Under the pieces are notes generated by a model that worked only from the letters and a program-made list of their open reading frames with translations, ran no database searches and had not been told where the DNA came from. 64,000 bases of DNA, from the NCBI GenBank assembly GCA_034667725.1, contig JAXDQS010000010.1:1-64000 (forward strand). The letters run 5' to 3'. The translations under genes and the position numbers were made by a program. Shown here piece after piece: positions 45,533-57,153 of this stretch; within the stretch, counting starts at the first letter, position 1; each line of letters opens with the position of its first letter. Origin of the DNA: Thermoplasmata archaeon. Its GTDB lineage: Archaea; Thermoplasmatota; E2; JACPAO01; JAHFTW01.

Positions 45533-46825
45533 ATGGAGACGGGCGTGCGGGCCATCCTGGTCGGCCACCTGGCCCGCGCCTCCCGCGACGACCCCAACGC
45601 CCTCCTGCCGGCCGCCCGCTTCGCCGAGGCCGCCGCCGGCCGGGGCGACGCCGCCCTCCGGGACGCCGCCGCCGACTACGTCCGCCTCTGGGCGCGGACC
45701 TTCAAGACGCTGGTGCGCCACCTGCGCGGCCGCCCCGAGCGCGCCATCTCGCTGTTCGCCGCCGAGGTCTATCCGTTCCTGCGCGGCGACCGCCTGGCCG
45801 CCCGCGTCGAGGCCGCAAGCCCCGGCCAGGCCCGCCTCCGCCTCCTCCAGGACCTGCCCGACGCCTACACCGCCGGCCTGCTGGAGGCGTTCGTCGGCCT
45901 GTCCGGCGCCGAGGTCCATGCCAAGCCCCTCGGCGGCGGCCTCTGGGAGGTCCACCACCGGGTCGCCGCCGCCGACCGCCTCGCCCATTTCATGGAGGCC
46001 GTCGCCTCGGCCCGCTGGCACCTGGTCTCCGCCACCCTGCTGGCGTGCAGCCTCGGCCTCGCCCTTGCCTGGAGCCTCGGCGCCGCCGTCGAGCCGTGGC
46101 GCGCGGGGGCCATCGTCGCCGGCGCCGTGGCCGCCCAGATCGGCGCCAACGCCCTCCACGACCTGCGCCACGCCCACCCCGCCGGCCCCTTGGCCGTGCG
46201 GGTCGCGGACCGCCGCCTGCTGCGCCGGCAGGCGATGGCCGGCTACGGCCTGGCCACCCTGCTCGGCGCCCTGCTGGCGGTCGCGGCCCCCGCCGTCGTG
46301 CTGTTCGCGGCCGCCGGCCTCGCCCTCAGCCTGTCGTTCGGCGCCCTGCGCAACCACGGCTGGGGCCCCGCCGTCGTGGCGGCCATCTACGGCCCCCTCA
46401 TGGTCGGCGGCGCGCTCCACGCGGCGGCGCCCGAACTCGGCCTGCGTCTCGAGCTGGTGCCGGTGACGCTCCCGGTCGGCGTGTTGGCGGCGGCGACCCT
46501 TTACGTGGACGACCTCGCCGACCGCCCGCTCGACGAGGCCGGCGGCCAGCGCACGCTCCTGGTCCGGCTGCCGCGCCGCCGCCACGTCGCCGGCTTCGCG
46601 GCCCTCGCCCTCGGCGCCGCCGCCCTTGCCGCCTGGATCCTGGCCGCGCGCGCCCCGCCCCTGATGTGGGCGGCGGCCCCGCTCGCCGTCGCCGCCGCGG
46701 CCCTCGTGGCCTTGGTGCGCCGCCACGCCGACGACCCGCACGGGCTCGCGCCAGCCCGCCTCGGTACCCAGGCGCTGCACGCCGCCACCGCCCTGCTGCT
46801 GGTGGCCGCGGAGGCGGTCGCATGA
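45533..46825 (+). CDS. UbiA/MenA-like prenyltransferase with an extra soluble N-terminal domain
   Basis: DD..D...D...G.RTL.V motif with multiple TMs; ~150 aa soluble N-terminus. Confidence 0.65.
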   Translation: METGVRAILVGHLARASRDDPNALLPAARFAEAAAGRGDAALRDAAADYVRLWARTFKTLVRHLRGRPERAISLFAAEVYPFLRGDRLAARVEAASPGQARLRLLQDLPDAYTAGLLEAFVGLSGAEVHAKPLGGGLWEVHHRVAAADRLAHFMEAVASARWHLVSATLLACSLGLALAWSLGAAVEPWRAGAIVAGAVAAQIGANALHDLRHAHPAGPLAVRVADRRLLRRQAMAGYGLATLLGALLAVAAPAVVLFAAAGLALSLSFGALRNHGWGPAVVAAIYGPLMVGGALHAAAPELGLRLELVPVTLPVGVLAAATLYVDDLADRPLDEAGGQRTLLVRLPRRRHVAGFAALALGAAALAAWILAARAPPLMWAAAPLAVAAAALVALVRRHADDPHGLAPARLGTQALHAATALLLVAAEAVA

Positions 46826-47790
46826 GCAACCCCGTCACCGCCGTGTTCCCCCCGAGCGTCACCGGCCGGCTCGGCGCCGTCGAGCAACGGCTGGTCGAGC
46901 AGGCCCGCTCGCGCGACGCCTCGCTGCAAGCGTGGAGCCACCAGGCGGTCGCCGCCGGCGGCAAGCGCATCCGCCCCCTGCTGCTCTTGACCGCGTTCGA
47001 GGCGTGCGGCGGCGACCTCCTGGGCCCGGAGGCGAACGCGCAGGCGATCGACGCCGCCGTCGCGCTGGAGCTGGTGCACACCGCCAGCTTGGTGCACGAC
47101 GACATCATGGACGAGGCCGCCGAACGCCGCGGCCAGCCCAGCATCTACAAGGCGCACGGCCGCGACAGCGCCATCCTGGTCGGCGACTTCCTGTTCACGC
47201 AGGCGTTCTCGCTTGCCGCCACGCTGCCGAAGGACGCGATGGCGATGACGGCCGACGCCTGCCGGCGCCTTTGCGAAGGCCAGTTGCGCGAGCAGCAGGT
47301 GCTCGCCGCCCGCGTGCCCGACCGCGAGGGCTACATCGCCGTCATCCGCGACAAGACCGCCAGCCTGCTGGCCGCCGGCTGCGGCATCGGCGCCACCATG
47401 GCCCGCGCCCGCCCCGCCACCGTCCAGGCGCTGCACCGCTACGGCGAGCTCATCGGCCACGCCTTCCAGGTCCTCGACGACCTCTTGGACGTCTCCGGCG
47501 ACCCGCAGTGGACCGGCAAGCCCGCCGGCACCGACTACCTCGCCGGCACGCTGTCGAGCCCGTACCTCAACTTCCTCGAGCGCGGCGGCCGGCTGCCCGC
47601 GGCCCGGGAGCCGGAGGACTTCGCCCGCGTCCGCGCGGAGCTCTTGGAGTCGGGCGCCGTCGCGGCCAGCCAGCTGGAGGCGTCGGGCTACACCCAGGCG
47701 GCCCTGCTGGAGCTGCAGGGCCTCGCGGACACGCCGGCCCGCCGCTCGCTGGAGGCGCTGGCGGAGCTGCTCATGGAGCGGGCGGCGTAG
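46822..47790 (+). CDS. Medium/long-chain polyprenyl diphosphate synthase
   Basis: GGKRIRP, HTASLVHDDIMD..RRG, GQ, KTA, FQVLDDLLD. Confidence 0.88.
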   Translation: MSNPVTAVFPPSVTGRLGAVEQRLVEQARSRDASLQAWSHQAVAAGGKRIRPLLLLTAFEACGGDLLGPEANAQAIDAAVALELVHTASLVHDDIMDEAAERRGQPSIYKAHGRDSAILVGDFLFTQAFSLAATLPKDAMAMTADACRRLCEGQLREQQVLAARVPDREGYIAVIRDKTASLLAAGCGIGATMARARPATVQALHRYGELIGHAFQVLDDLLDVSGDPQWTGKPAGTDYLAGTLSSPYLNFLERGGRLPAAREPEDFARVRAELLESGAVAASQLEASGYTQAALLELQGLADTPARRSLEALAELLMERAA

Positions 47791-48340
47791 GCCCCGCGGC
47801 CACGGCGACGGCGGCACGCAGGCGGGCCCGCCGCCGTCCCCACGCCGCCAAGCCGCCGTAGGCCAGCGACACCGGGATGGTCGCCACCACCGACACGGCG
47901 GTCACGCCCATCCGGAACAAGCCCTCCTGCAAGCTTCCGAAAAGCAGGGAGGGATGGGGCGGCACGTAGACCAGTTGCACGGCCAGCAGGACCGCGCCGC
48001 AGGCCACGATGCCAAGCACCATGGCGCTCACGACCAGGTCGCCGGAGCGCCAGGCCATGCCGAGCCGCCACGCCGCCACGAAGCCGCCGAGGGCGCCCAA
48101 CGCGAACCACCCGATGCTGGTGGCCATCAGGGCGGCGAACGCGGCCGCGGGGGCGAGGGCCGCGACCCAGGCGGACGGGAAGCGCAAGACCTCGCGGAAC
48201 AAGAAGGAACGGCGGAACAGCCGCTGGGCCGCCCAGCCCAGGAACGCAGACGCCGCGATCTGCAGCAGCAGGCCCGGCGCCAGGATCAGGAGGGCCAAGC
48301 CGAGGACGGAGGCGAGCGTGATCCAGAGTCGGCGGCGCAT
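47771..48340 (-). CDS. Membrane protein, hypothetical
   Basis: Five to six hydrophobic segments downstream of thyX. Confidence 0.6.
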   Translation of the reverse strand: MRRRLWITLASVLGLALLILAPGLLLQIAASAFLGWAAQRLFRRSFLFREVLRFPSAWVAALAPAAAFAALMATSIGWFALGALGGFVAAWRLGMAWRSGDLVVSAMVLGIVACGAVLLAVQLVYVPPHPSLLFGSLQEGLFRMGVTAVSVVATIPVSLAYGGLAAWGRRRARLRAAVAVAAGPTPPAP

Positions 48341-48347
48341 GGGGACC

Positions 48348-50111
48348 TCAGTACGGCCGCTTCGGCACGCCCTTCTGGGCGTCGAAGTTGAGCCACACCT
48401 TGACACCGCACCACTTGTCGCCTTCGGGGCAGCACGCCTCGACCGACTCCTGCAAGTGGGCTGGCTGGCGCGGCGCCACGAAGCTGCACGGCGGGCCGAT
48501 GAAGCGCGTGAGGCGCGGATGGACGCGTTGGGCCTCCCGCAGCTCGGCGAGGCTGGCGTCGAAGATCTCCTTCTGGGCGTTGAAGCACAGGCGGAGGCGC
48601 CACTTGTGGATCAAGGACAGCAGGTCGCCGGTCTGGGTGAAGGTGATGTTGGCGGCGTTGGGCAGCAGGTAGGTGGCGTCCTCCGGCGGCACCCCCCGGC
48701 GGCGCAGCGCGTGCATCGCGTCCCACGACGCGCGGATGGCTTCGTCGTAGGTGCGGCGGGCCTCCTTGCTGGCGGCGATGACGTCGGGCACGTGGACGTC
48801 GGGCTCGTGCGTGAGGCACTGCGTCAAGAGCGGGCGGGTGCCGGGCGTCATGCGGTGGCGCTGGTCCTGCGCGTAGGCGGTGAGGCTCATGCGCTTGCGG
48901 AAGGTGTAGTGGACGTGCCGCAGCGCGCGCAGCACCGGGCTGTGGTCCCAAGTGTTGAGGGTGTCGGCCCAGGCGGCGTTGGCAGCGGGGTCCAGCACGA
49001 GCGCAAGCAGCTCCGCGTCACCGAGGCGGCTGCCCGTCACCTCGCGGATGGCGTCCACCACCAGCTTCTCGGCGTCCTGGGTGTGCGCCAGCAGCACGGC
49101 GGGCTCGCGCTGCGCGGCGATGACGGGGCCGGGGCCGTCGTTGATGCGCCACTCGACGTGGTCGTCGCGCGGCCGGGCCTGCTCGCGGATGCCCTCCATG
49201 AACGACGAATCGATGCGGCGGACCTCCTCCACCATCTGCTCGACGACACGGCGGGCCTCGGCGCCGGCGTTCTGGGCCTCGCACATCCGGACGTAGCGCA
49301 GCAGCACGATGCCGGACACCGTGTGGTAGAGCTGCGTCGAGGCGGCGATCGGGACGACGTAGCGGGCCATCTCCTGCGCCTTCTTCTCCGCCTCCTTGCG
49401 GACGCGCTTGTCGTCGTGGCCCTTGGCCTTCCCGATGGCGGCCATGACGCGCAGGTTAGCCTCGACCAGGCCCTCCCGCAGCGTGTCGTAGGCCGCCCAC
49501 GCCTGCCGCACCGCGCCCTCGTACACCGCGAGCGCCTGCGGGTCGGCGCGCACCGACGCCGGCACGTGGACCTGCGCCCGCTTCATCTCGACGTAGCGCT
49601 GGCTCTGCTGCTCCGAGTTGTAGAAGATGTGGTTGTGGAAGAACGACTCCACCACGTTGCGGCTGACACCCTCGAGCGCGAACACGAAGGTCGGATGCTG
49701 GAACGGCGTGTGGTGGCCGGCCTCGTAGATGGACGCAGCCAGCTCGGCGTCGTTGGCGGCGCGCTGCCGGGCCAGGTCCGCGAACGTCAGGAGGGCCGCG
49801 CGCACGTCGAGGTCGCGGATGGCGGCCTGCACGGTCTCGACCAACTGGACGCGGCGCTCGTGCGGCGTGTCGAGGCGGCCGATCTCGTCCAGCTCGGCGG
49901 CGTGGCCGGGCACCGCGTCCAGGAGCGTCGTGCGGGTGCGCTCGCCCTTGGCGCCGAGGCGGCCGGTGAACACGAACTCGGAGGCGTAGCAGGTGCGCGC
50001 CGAGGCGACGGCCAGCTCGAAGGGGCGCTGCGTGTGGGCCACCAGGCGCACGCGGGGCTGCACGTGCTCGACGTCCCGGAGGGCGGCCTCCTGCACGAGG
50101 GTCCCACGCAT
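48348..50111 (-). CDS. thyX: Tandem-domain FAD-dependent thymidylate synthase
   Basis: H.TPFQH..F.F..EGVSR...QQSQRYV...ARYVVP in domain 1; QDQRHR...ATYLLPNA...RLC..AQ.EI in domain 2. Confidence 0.85.
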   Translation of the reverse strand: MRGTLVQEAALRDVEHVQPRVRLVAHTQRPFELAVASARTCYASEFVFTGRLGAKGERTRTTLLDAVPGHAAELDEIGRLDTPHERRVQLVETVQAAIRDLDVRAALLTFADLARQRAANDAELAASIYEAGHHTPFQHPTFVFALEGVSRNVVESFFHNHIFYNSEQQSQRYVEMKRAQVHVPASVRADPQALAVYEGAVRQAWAAYDTLREGLVEANLRVMAAIGKAKGHDDKRVRKEAEKKAQEMARYVVPIAASTQLYHTVSGIVLLRYVRMCEAQNAGAEARRVVEQMVEEVRRIDSSFMEGIREQARPRDDHVEWRINDGPGPVIAAQREPAVLLAHTQDAEKLVVDAIREVTGSRLGDAELLALVLDPAANAAWADTLNTWDHSPVLRALRHVHYTFRKRMSLTAYAQDQRHRMTPGTRPLLTQCLTHEPDVHVPDVIAASKEARRTYDEAIRASWDAMHALRRRGVPPEDATYLLPNAANITFTQTGDLLSLIHKWRLRLCFNAQKEIFDASLAELREAQRVHPRLTRFIGPPCSFVAPRQPAHLQESVEACCPEGDKWCGVKVWLNFDAQKGVPKRPY

Positions 50112-50175
50112 CGGGCGCCTTTGAAGCTAGGCTTCCCGCAGCGGGATTGAAGACCCGTCCGTGCCTGGGACCCGC

Positions 50176-50748
50176 ATGCCCCAGGAGGCTCCCTCGGAGC
50201 TCCCTCGAATCGAGGCGAAAAACGTCCACATCATCCACAATTCGGGCACCATGGGGAACGTCCAGCAGGGCGGGGCCGGCAACGTCCAGAGCGCGCCAAG
50301 CTTCGAGGTCGCAAAGGAGGAGTGGAATCCACGCCATGAACGGGCCGCCAGGTTCTTTGCCGCCTTCCTTGGGGAGCTGGGGACCATGGTGGCAGGTTGG
50401 CTTGGCGCGTTGCTGGGAAGCCTGCTCGTGGCCGGATTCCTCACCGAAAAGCTTCCCCCGCAGGTGCAAGGCGGCTACGCGTGGCTGGTCCTTGGGCTCG
50501 GGATCGCGGTCATTTCGGGAGGCGTCCTGCTGCAGCGGGCCGCGAAGCACATCAAGAGAAGCCGATGCCCTTCGTGCAAGAAGCCGTATGCGCTGGAGGA
50601 GGTCGGGACGCCGAGCGCACGTGACGTCCACACCGGCGGCGGCAGCGACGGCAAAGACCGGTTTGAGCGGACGGTGACACGGAGCTTCCTGTGCAAGGAG
50701 TGCGGCAAAGAAACCACGCGCAAGGCCGTTTTCAACATCGAAAGGTGA
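50176..50748 (+). CDS. Two-TM protein with C-terminal zinc ribbon
   Basis: CPSC...CKECG; atypical codon usage. Confidence 0.6.
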   Translation: MPQEAPSELPRIEAKNVHIIHNSGTMGNVQQGGAGNVQSAPSFEVAKEEWNPRHERAARFFAAFLGELGTMVAGWLGALLGSLLVAGFLTEKLPPQVQGGYAWLVLGLGIAVISGGVLLQRAAKHIKRSRCPSCKKPYALEEVGTPSARDVHTGGGSDGKDRFERTVTRSFLCKECGKETTRKAVFNIER

Positions 50749-50771
50749 GGCTCTCGCCGTCTGCGCGTCCG

Positions 50772-50779
50772 TTAAATAA
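50772..50779 (+). promoter_or_regulatory. TATA box of the aIF-1A operon (probably leaderless)
   Basis: TTAAATAA 23-30 bp upstream of GTG 50802. Confidence 0.55.
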
Positions 50780-50801
50780 CCCCAAAGAGTCGGCCGGGAA
50801 C

Positions 50802-51218
50802 GTGCCCAAAGAGGACGAAGTGGACGAGGTCGAGGCCGTCGTCGCGGAACCCGACGAGGACGACCTCGGTCCCATCGAAGAGGAGGACGTCCCCGTCGAG
50901 GCCGGGATGGACTCCGACGAGGCGGTCAACCGCTACCGGATGCCGGACGGCCGCAACCGCGAGATGTTCGCCATCGCGGACCAGCTGATGGGCGCCTCCA
51001 AGCTGAAGGTGATGTGCGAGGACGGCAAGTCCCGCATGGCCCGCATCCCGGGCAAGATGAAGCGCCGGATGTGGATCAAGCCCGGCGACCTGGTGATCGT
51101 GAAGCCCTGGGACTTCCAGGACGACAAGGCGGACGTCAAGTACCGCTACGTGCGCACCCAGGCCGTCAACCTGAGCCGGCGCAAGAAGATTCCAGAGCTC
51201 CTCGATGTCGGCTTCTGA
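50802..51218 (+). CDS. eif1a: Translation initiation factor aIF-1A
   Basis: C.DG..R.ARIPGKMK.R.WI..GD.VIV.PWDFQ..KADV.YRY. Confidence 0.95.
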   Translation: MPKEDEVDEVEAVVAEPDEDDLGPIEEEDVPVEAGMDSDEAVNRYRMPDGRNREMFAIADQLMGASKLKVMCEDGKSRMARIPGKMKRRMWIKPGDLVIVKPWDFQDDKADVKYRYVRTQAVNLSRRKKIPELLDVGF

Positions 51219-52179
51219 GGGCGCCGCCCTCCCTGGACCCCCGGACGACGGGGACGAGCAGCCCCTCCTGAGCCTCGACGAGATCGTGATGCAGGAGGTC
51301 GCGTCGAACGACGAGTGGGCCTACCGCCAGGCCGACCGGCTGCGCGCTGCGATGCCCGACCGCGTCGGCGGCCCCGACCGGCGCACCGAGGGCGAGGTGT
51401 TCGACCAGCCCACGCTGCTGACGCTGCACAAGTTCCTGGTCCACGGCGTGCTGAAGTCGCTCGATTTCCCGGTGGCCACCGGCAAGGAGGCGAACGTGTT
51501 CCGCGGCACGACGCCGCGCGGCGGCTACGTCGCCGTCAAGATCTACCGCATCAACACGGCGACCTTCAAGCACGTCCTGAAGTACATCCAGGGCGACGAG
51601 CGCTTCGAGGGCGTCACCGGCGACAAGCGCGGCCTGGTGCACGCCTGGTGCCAGAAGGAGTTCCGCAACCTGGCCCGCCTGCGCGACGCCGGGGTCATGG
51701 TCCCCGAGCCCATCAAGGCCACCTCGAACGTCCTGGTCACGGAGTACCTCGGCACCAAGCAGGGCCCGTGGCCGCGCCTCCAGGAGCTGCGCGACCTGCC
51801 CGACCCGCAGCGGCTCTACGACCAGCTGGTCGAGCAGTACCTTCTCGCCTACAACAAGGCCGACCTGATCCACGCCGACCTGTCGGAGTACAACGTGCTC
51901 GTGGCCAACGCCGACCAGCCCGCCAACAAGTGGGAGGCCCGCATCATCGACGTCGGGCAGGCCGTCCTCAAGTCCCATCCCATGGCCGCCGAGTTCATCG
52001 AGCGCGACCTGCGGAACCTTGCGAACTACTTCCGCCGCAAGGGCGTGGACGCCGATCCCTTGGCGATCCGCGCCCGCCTGGTGCACGAGCGCGCCCGCGA
52101 CTCGGAGCCGAAGGCGCTTGCCGGCCGGGGCCGCCGCTCCCGTCGCCCCTGGAGCGAGGGCGGGGAGGAGGAAGAATGA
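51205..52179 (+). CDS. rio1: RIO1 serine kinase
   Basis: TGKEANVF, AVKIY, W..KEF.NL, HADLSEYN, IDVGQAV..HP. Confidence 0.95.
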   Translation: MSASEGAALPGPPDDGDEQPLLSLDEIVMQEVASNDEWAYRQADRLRAAMPDRVGGPDRRTEGEVFDQPTLLTLHKFLVHGVLKSLDFPVATGKEANVFRGTTPRGGYVAVKIYRINTATFKHVLKYIQGDERFEGVTGDKRGLVHAWCQKEFRNLARLRDAGVMVPEPIKATSNVLVTEYLGTKQGPWPRLQELRDLPDPQRLYDQLVEQYLLAYNKADLIHADLSEYNVLVANADQPANKWEARIIDVGQAVLKSHPMAAEFIERDLRNLANYFRRKGVDADPLAIRARLVHERARDSEPKALAGRGRRSRRPWSEGGEEEE

Positions 52180-52724
52180 CCGTCGTCCTCAGGATCCCGG
52201 GCGACCGCATCGGCGTCCTGATCGGCCCCAACGGCGACACCCGCCGCCTCTTGACGCAGCGCAGCGGCATCCGCATCGAGGTCGACTCGGAGCTCAACGA
52301 GGTGTCGCTGTACACGCTGGAGCCTGGCGTGGACGCCGTCATGGCGCTCAAGCTGCGCGACATCGTCAAGGCCATCGGGCGCGGCTTCAGCCCCGAGCAC
52401 GCGATGCGGCTGTTCTCGGACGACTGCTACTTCGAGCTCCTGGACTTCCACGACTACGTCGGCAAGCACAAGGGCCACATCCGCCGCGTCACCAGCCGCC
52501 TCATCGGCAGCGAGGGCAAGACCCGGCGCATCATCGAGGAGCAGACCGGCTGCGACCTGGCCATCTACGGCCACACCGTCGGCATCATCGGCGACCTGGA
52601 GGACCTCGGCAACGCCAAGCAGGCGGTGGACATGATCCTGCGCGGCGCCGAGCACGCCTCGGTGTACCGGTTCCTCGAGAACCAGCGCCGCAAGGCGCGG
52701 CGGTCGAACGCCGAGCTCTGGTAG
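52176..52724 (+). CDS. KH-domain RNA-processing protein (Dim2/Pno1-like)
   Basis: RIGVLIG..G, AIGRGFSPE.A, RLIG.EGKTR.IIE, G..H..VY.FL; conserved eif1a-rio1-KH order. Confidence 0.92.
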   Translation: MTVVLRIPGDRIGVLIGPNGDTRRLLTQRSGIRIEVDSELNEVSLYTLEPGVDAVMALKLRDIVKAIGRGFSPEHAMRLFSDDCYFELLDFHDYVGKHKGHIRRVTSRLIGSEGKTRRIIEEQTGCDLAIYGHTVGIIGDLEDLGNAKQAVDMILRGAEHASVYRFLENQRRKARRSNAELW

Positions 52725-52725
52725 A

Positions 52726-54630
<1,905 letters not shown>

Positions 54631-54763
54631 CGGACCGACCTTGCCGCGGAAGCGGCCGGCCCTCATCCAAGCGCCGCCATTTGAAGGCTTGCTGGCGGGT
54701 CCGTGCGGCTTCGTGGCGGCGGCGCGGCTTTCCGCCGCCCGCCCACGAAGCGCGGACGCCGGC

Positions 54764-56974
54764 TCAGTCGCGCCGCCGCACCGCGAGCGCCACGACCATG
54801 CCGGCAAGGGCCGCCGCGGCCAGGCCGGCGGCGAGCATCATGCCCACGTCGGTGCCGGCGCTGGCCGGGGTCGCGACCATGCCTTGCAGGCTGCGCGAGC
54901 GCTCGGCGGGGGCGCCTGCGACGACGGGGTCGAGCTCGCCGGCCGCGAGGAGCGCGCAGGCGTCGCCGTGGCGGTCGCCGTAGCTGTCCTCTTGGCCCGC
55001 GTTGGGCGTGAACAGGCAGTTGTCGCCGAGGTTGGCGATGCCGTCGCCGTCGATGTCGTCGTCGCACAGGTCGCCCTGCGAGTCCTTGTCCGCGTCGGCC
55101 TGGTCGGCGTTGGCGGCCTTGCTGCAGTTGTCGAGGCTGTTGGCGAAGAAGTCGCCGTCGCGGTCGGGGTCGCACGCGTCGCCGACGCCGTCCAGGTCCT
55201 GGTCGGCCTGGTCGGCGTTGGTGGTGAGGGCGCAGTTGTCCATGCTGTCGACCTGGAGGTCGGAGTCGGTGTCGACGTCCACCAAGGACGGGTCGACGCC
55301 GTCGCGCGGCGGGGTGAGGTGGCCGGGCAGGACGCTGGAGACCTGGGTGGGGATGCCGCACTCGGTGATGCCGGTGGCCAGCACGCGCTTGGTCACGGCG
55401 TACACGTAGCCGGCGTCGTCCTGGATGGTCAGCTTGACCGTGTAGGCGCCGCTCAGGCGGTAGGTGTGGACCGGGTCCTGGTCGCTGGCGGTGTCGCCGT
55501 CGCCGAACTCCCAGGTCCAGGCGACGATGGGCGTCGAGCCGGGCACCGAGGTGTCGAGGAAGCTGACCGGGTGGGGGCCGCAGCCGGAGGTGTCCATGCT
55601 GATGCCGAAGCCCGCGCTGGCCGGCTTGTAGGGCGGCGGCGGGGGCGGGGGCGGAGGCGGCGGGGGCTCGGTGGTCTCCAGGCCGCCGAAGGCCCAGATG
55701 AAAGTGTTGGGGGTGCCCGTGGTGTAGCTGCACGAGGCGCGGCTGGACGGGTTGCACTGCCCGAGCGTGTAGATGTCGGCGTCCACGTCGGTGATGGCCG
55801 TCATGGCGCCGGTCTCGTTGGCGGTCGCGCCGTAGAAGCTCAGGAACTGGATGGTCTCGGCCGGGTCGAGGCCGCCGAACTCGAAGTCGAACAGGGCGCC
55901 GTGGTCGTTGGGGCCGTTGTCGAAGACGTCGCACTGGTCGGGCGGGCCGACGAAGCTCATGCTGGAGCGCGCCGAGGTGGGCTTCTTGTCCTCGAAGCCG
56001 TTGTCGCTGCTGAACGCCAGGAACGGCGCCATCGAGGGCCAGAAGCCGGTGGAGCCCGCGACCGGCCTGGCGGCGGGCGGCGGGCTGCAGGTGCTGCCGC
56101 CTAGGGTGGGGCTGCCGCCCGGGGGCGGGTAGCCGCACGCCGTGCTGTAGGCGGTGGGGCCGACGACGGGGACGGAGTAGAGGTAGCCGATCACCAGGTA
56201 GGCGGGGTAGGTCCAGCAGGCGCCGGGGGGAACCGGGCTGGGGCCGGTCGAGGGGGGCGTGATGGGGATGCCGCCGCCCGTGATGGCCGGGTTGTGGGCG
56301 ATGGTGACGTACTCGGAGAACGGCGTGGGCTCGATGTCCCAGTCCATGCCGCGGCGGTAGCGGACGTTCTCCAGCGGCAGGAGGCCGGCGTTCTCGATGG
56401 TGACGTTCACCACGTACATGTAGGCCGACATGGGGCTGGGCCGGAACTGGTGGGTGACCTGGAGGTCGCCGCAGCGCACGACCGAGATGGCGCTGGTGGC
56501 GGTCGAGGAGAACGAGACCAGCGTGAGGCCCTCGACGGACGGCCAGCCGGCGGTGTCGGCCTTGCAGGAGGTGGTGCTGGGCGCGCCGCCGGAGGGCCAG
56601 GGCGGCAGCGGCGGGGGGAGCGGGCCGATGGGCGACGGCGGGATGGTGCCCGGCGGGACGGGTGCCGCGGCCCCGATGTCGTAGGCGACGCCCCATCCTT
56701 CGCAGGTGCAGCCGGGGCTGGTGGCGTCGTTGTTGGTCGGCATGTAGCGGATGCCCACGACCGAGGTGCCGCTGGAGGCGGACGAGGTGCCGCAGCAGTA
56801 GTTCAGCTCGCCGTAGTTGTTGACGCCGAGCTGCACCTTGCCGTTGTTGATGATGGCGCCCGCGTCGGCGTCCACGGCGAGGTAGACGGCGGCGCACAGC
56901 AGGACGATGGCGCCCAAGCCCAGGAGGAGGGACGCACGGCCATCAGCGAAACGGGACTGCACACTCGTGGACAC
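54764..56974 (-). CDS. Surface protein, tandem paralog of 52726-54630
   Basis: Same domain order and shared motifs GC.CEGWG, MDWD.EPTPF.EYVTI; start uncertain. Confidence 0.8.
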   Translation of the reverse strand: MSTSVQSRFADGRASLLLGLGAIVLLCAAVYLAVDADAGAIINNGKVQLGVNNYGELNYCCGTSSASSGTSVVGIRYMPTNNDATSPGCTCEGWGVAYDIGAAAPVPPGTIPPSPIGPLPPPLPPWPSGGAPSTTSCKADTAGWPSVEGLTLVSFSSTATSAISVVRCGDLQVTHQFRPSPMSAYMYVVNVTIENAGLLPLENVRYRRGMDWDIEPTPFSEYVTIAHNPAITGGGIPITPPSTGPSPVPPGACWTYPAYLVIGYLYSVPVVGPTAYSTACGYPPPGGSPTLGGSTCSPPPAARPVAGSTGFWPSMAPFLAFSSDNGFEDKKPTSARSSMSFVGPPDQCDVFDNGPNDHGALFDFEFGGLDPAETIQFLSFYGATANETGAMTAITDVDADIYTLGQCNPSSRASCSYTTGTPNTFIWAFGGLETTEPPPPPPPPPPPPYKPASAGFGISMDTSGCGPHPVSFLDTSVPGSTPIVAWTWEFGDGDTASDQDPVHTYRLSGAYTVKLTIQDDAGYVYAVTKRVLATGITECGIPTQVSSVLPGHLTPPRDGVDPSLVDVDTDSDLQVDSMDNCALTTNADQADQDLDGVGDACDPDRDGDFFANSLDNCSKAANADQADADKDSQGDLCDDDIDGDGIANLGDNCLFTPNAGQEDSYGDRHGDACALLAAGELDPVVAGAPAERSRSLQGMVATPASAGTDVGMMLAAGLAAAALAGMVVALAVRRRD

Positions 56975-57153
56975 TGGACCGACCTGCCGCCTGGAAACGG
57001 CACGGGCCGATTGCAGGCTCGGCATTTGAATCCTTCCCGGCGGCTCCCCGTCCTTTCGTGGAGCGGCGGCGGAAACCGGCGGCCCGCCCGCGCCTTCGGC
57101 AGCGCCCGCGCCTGACCGAGTCCCTCTAAGAAGCCCCCGGCCGTCGCCGCGGC

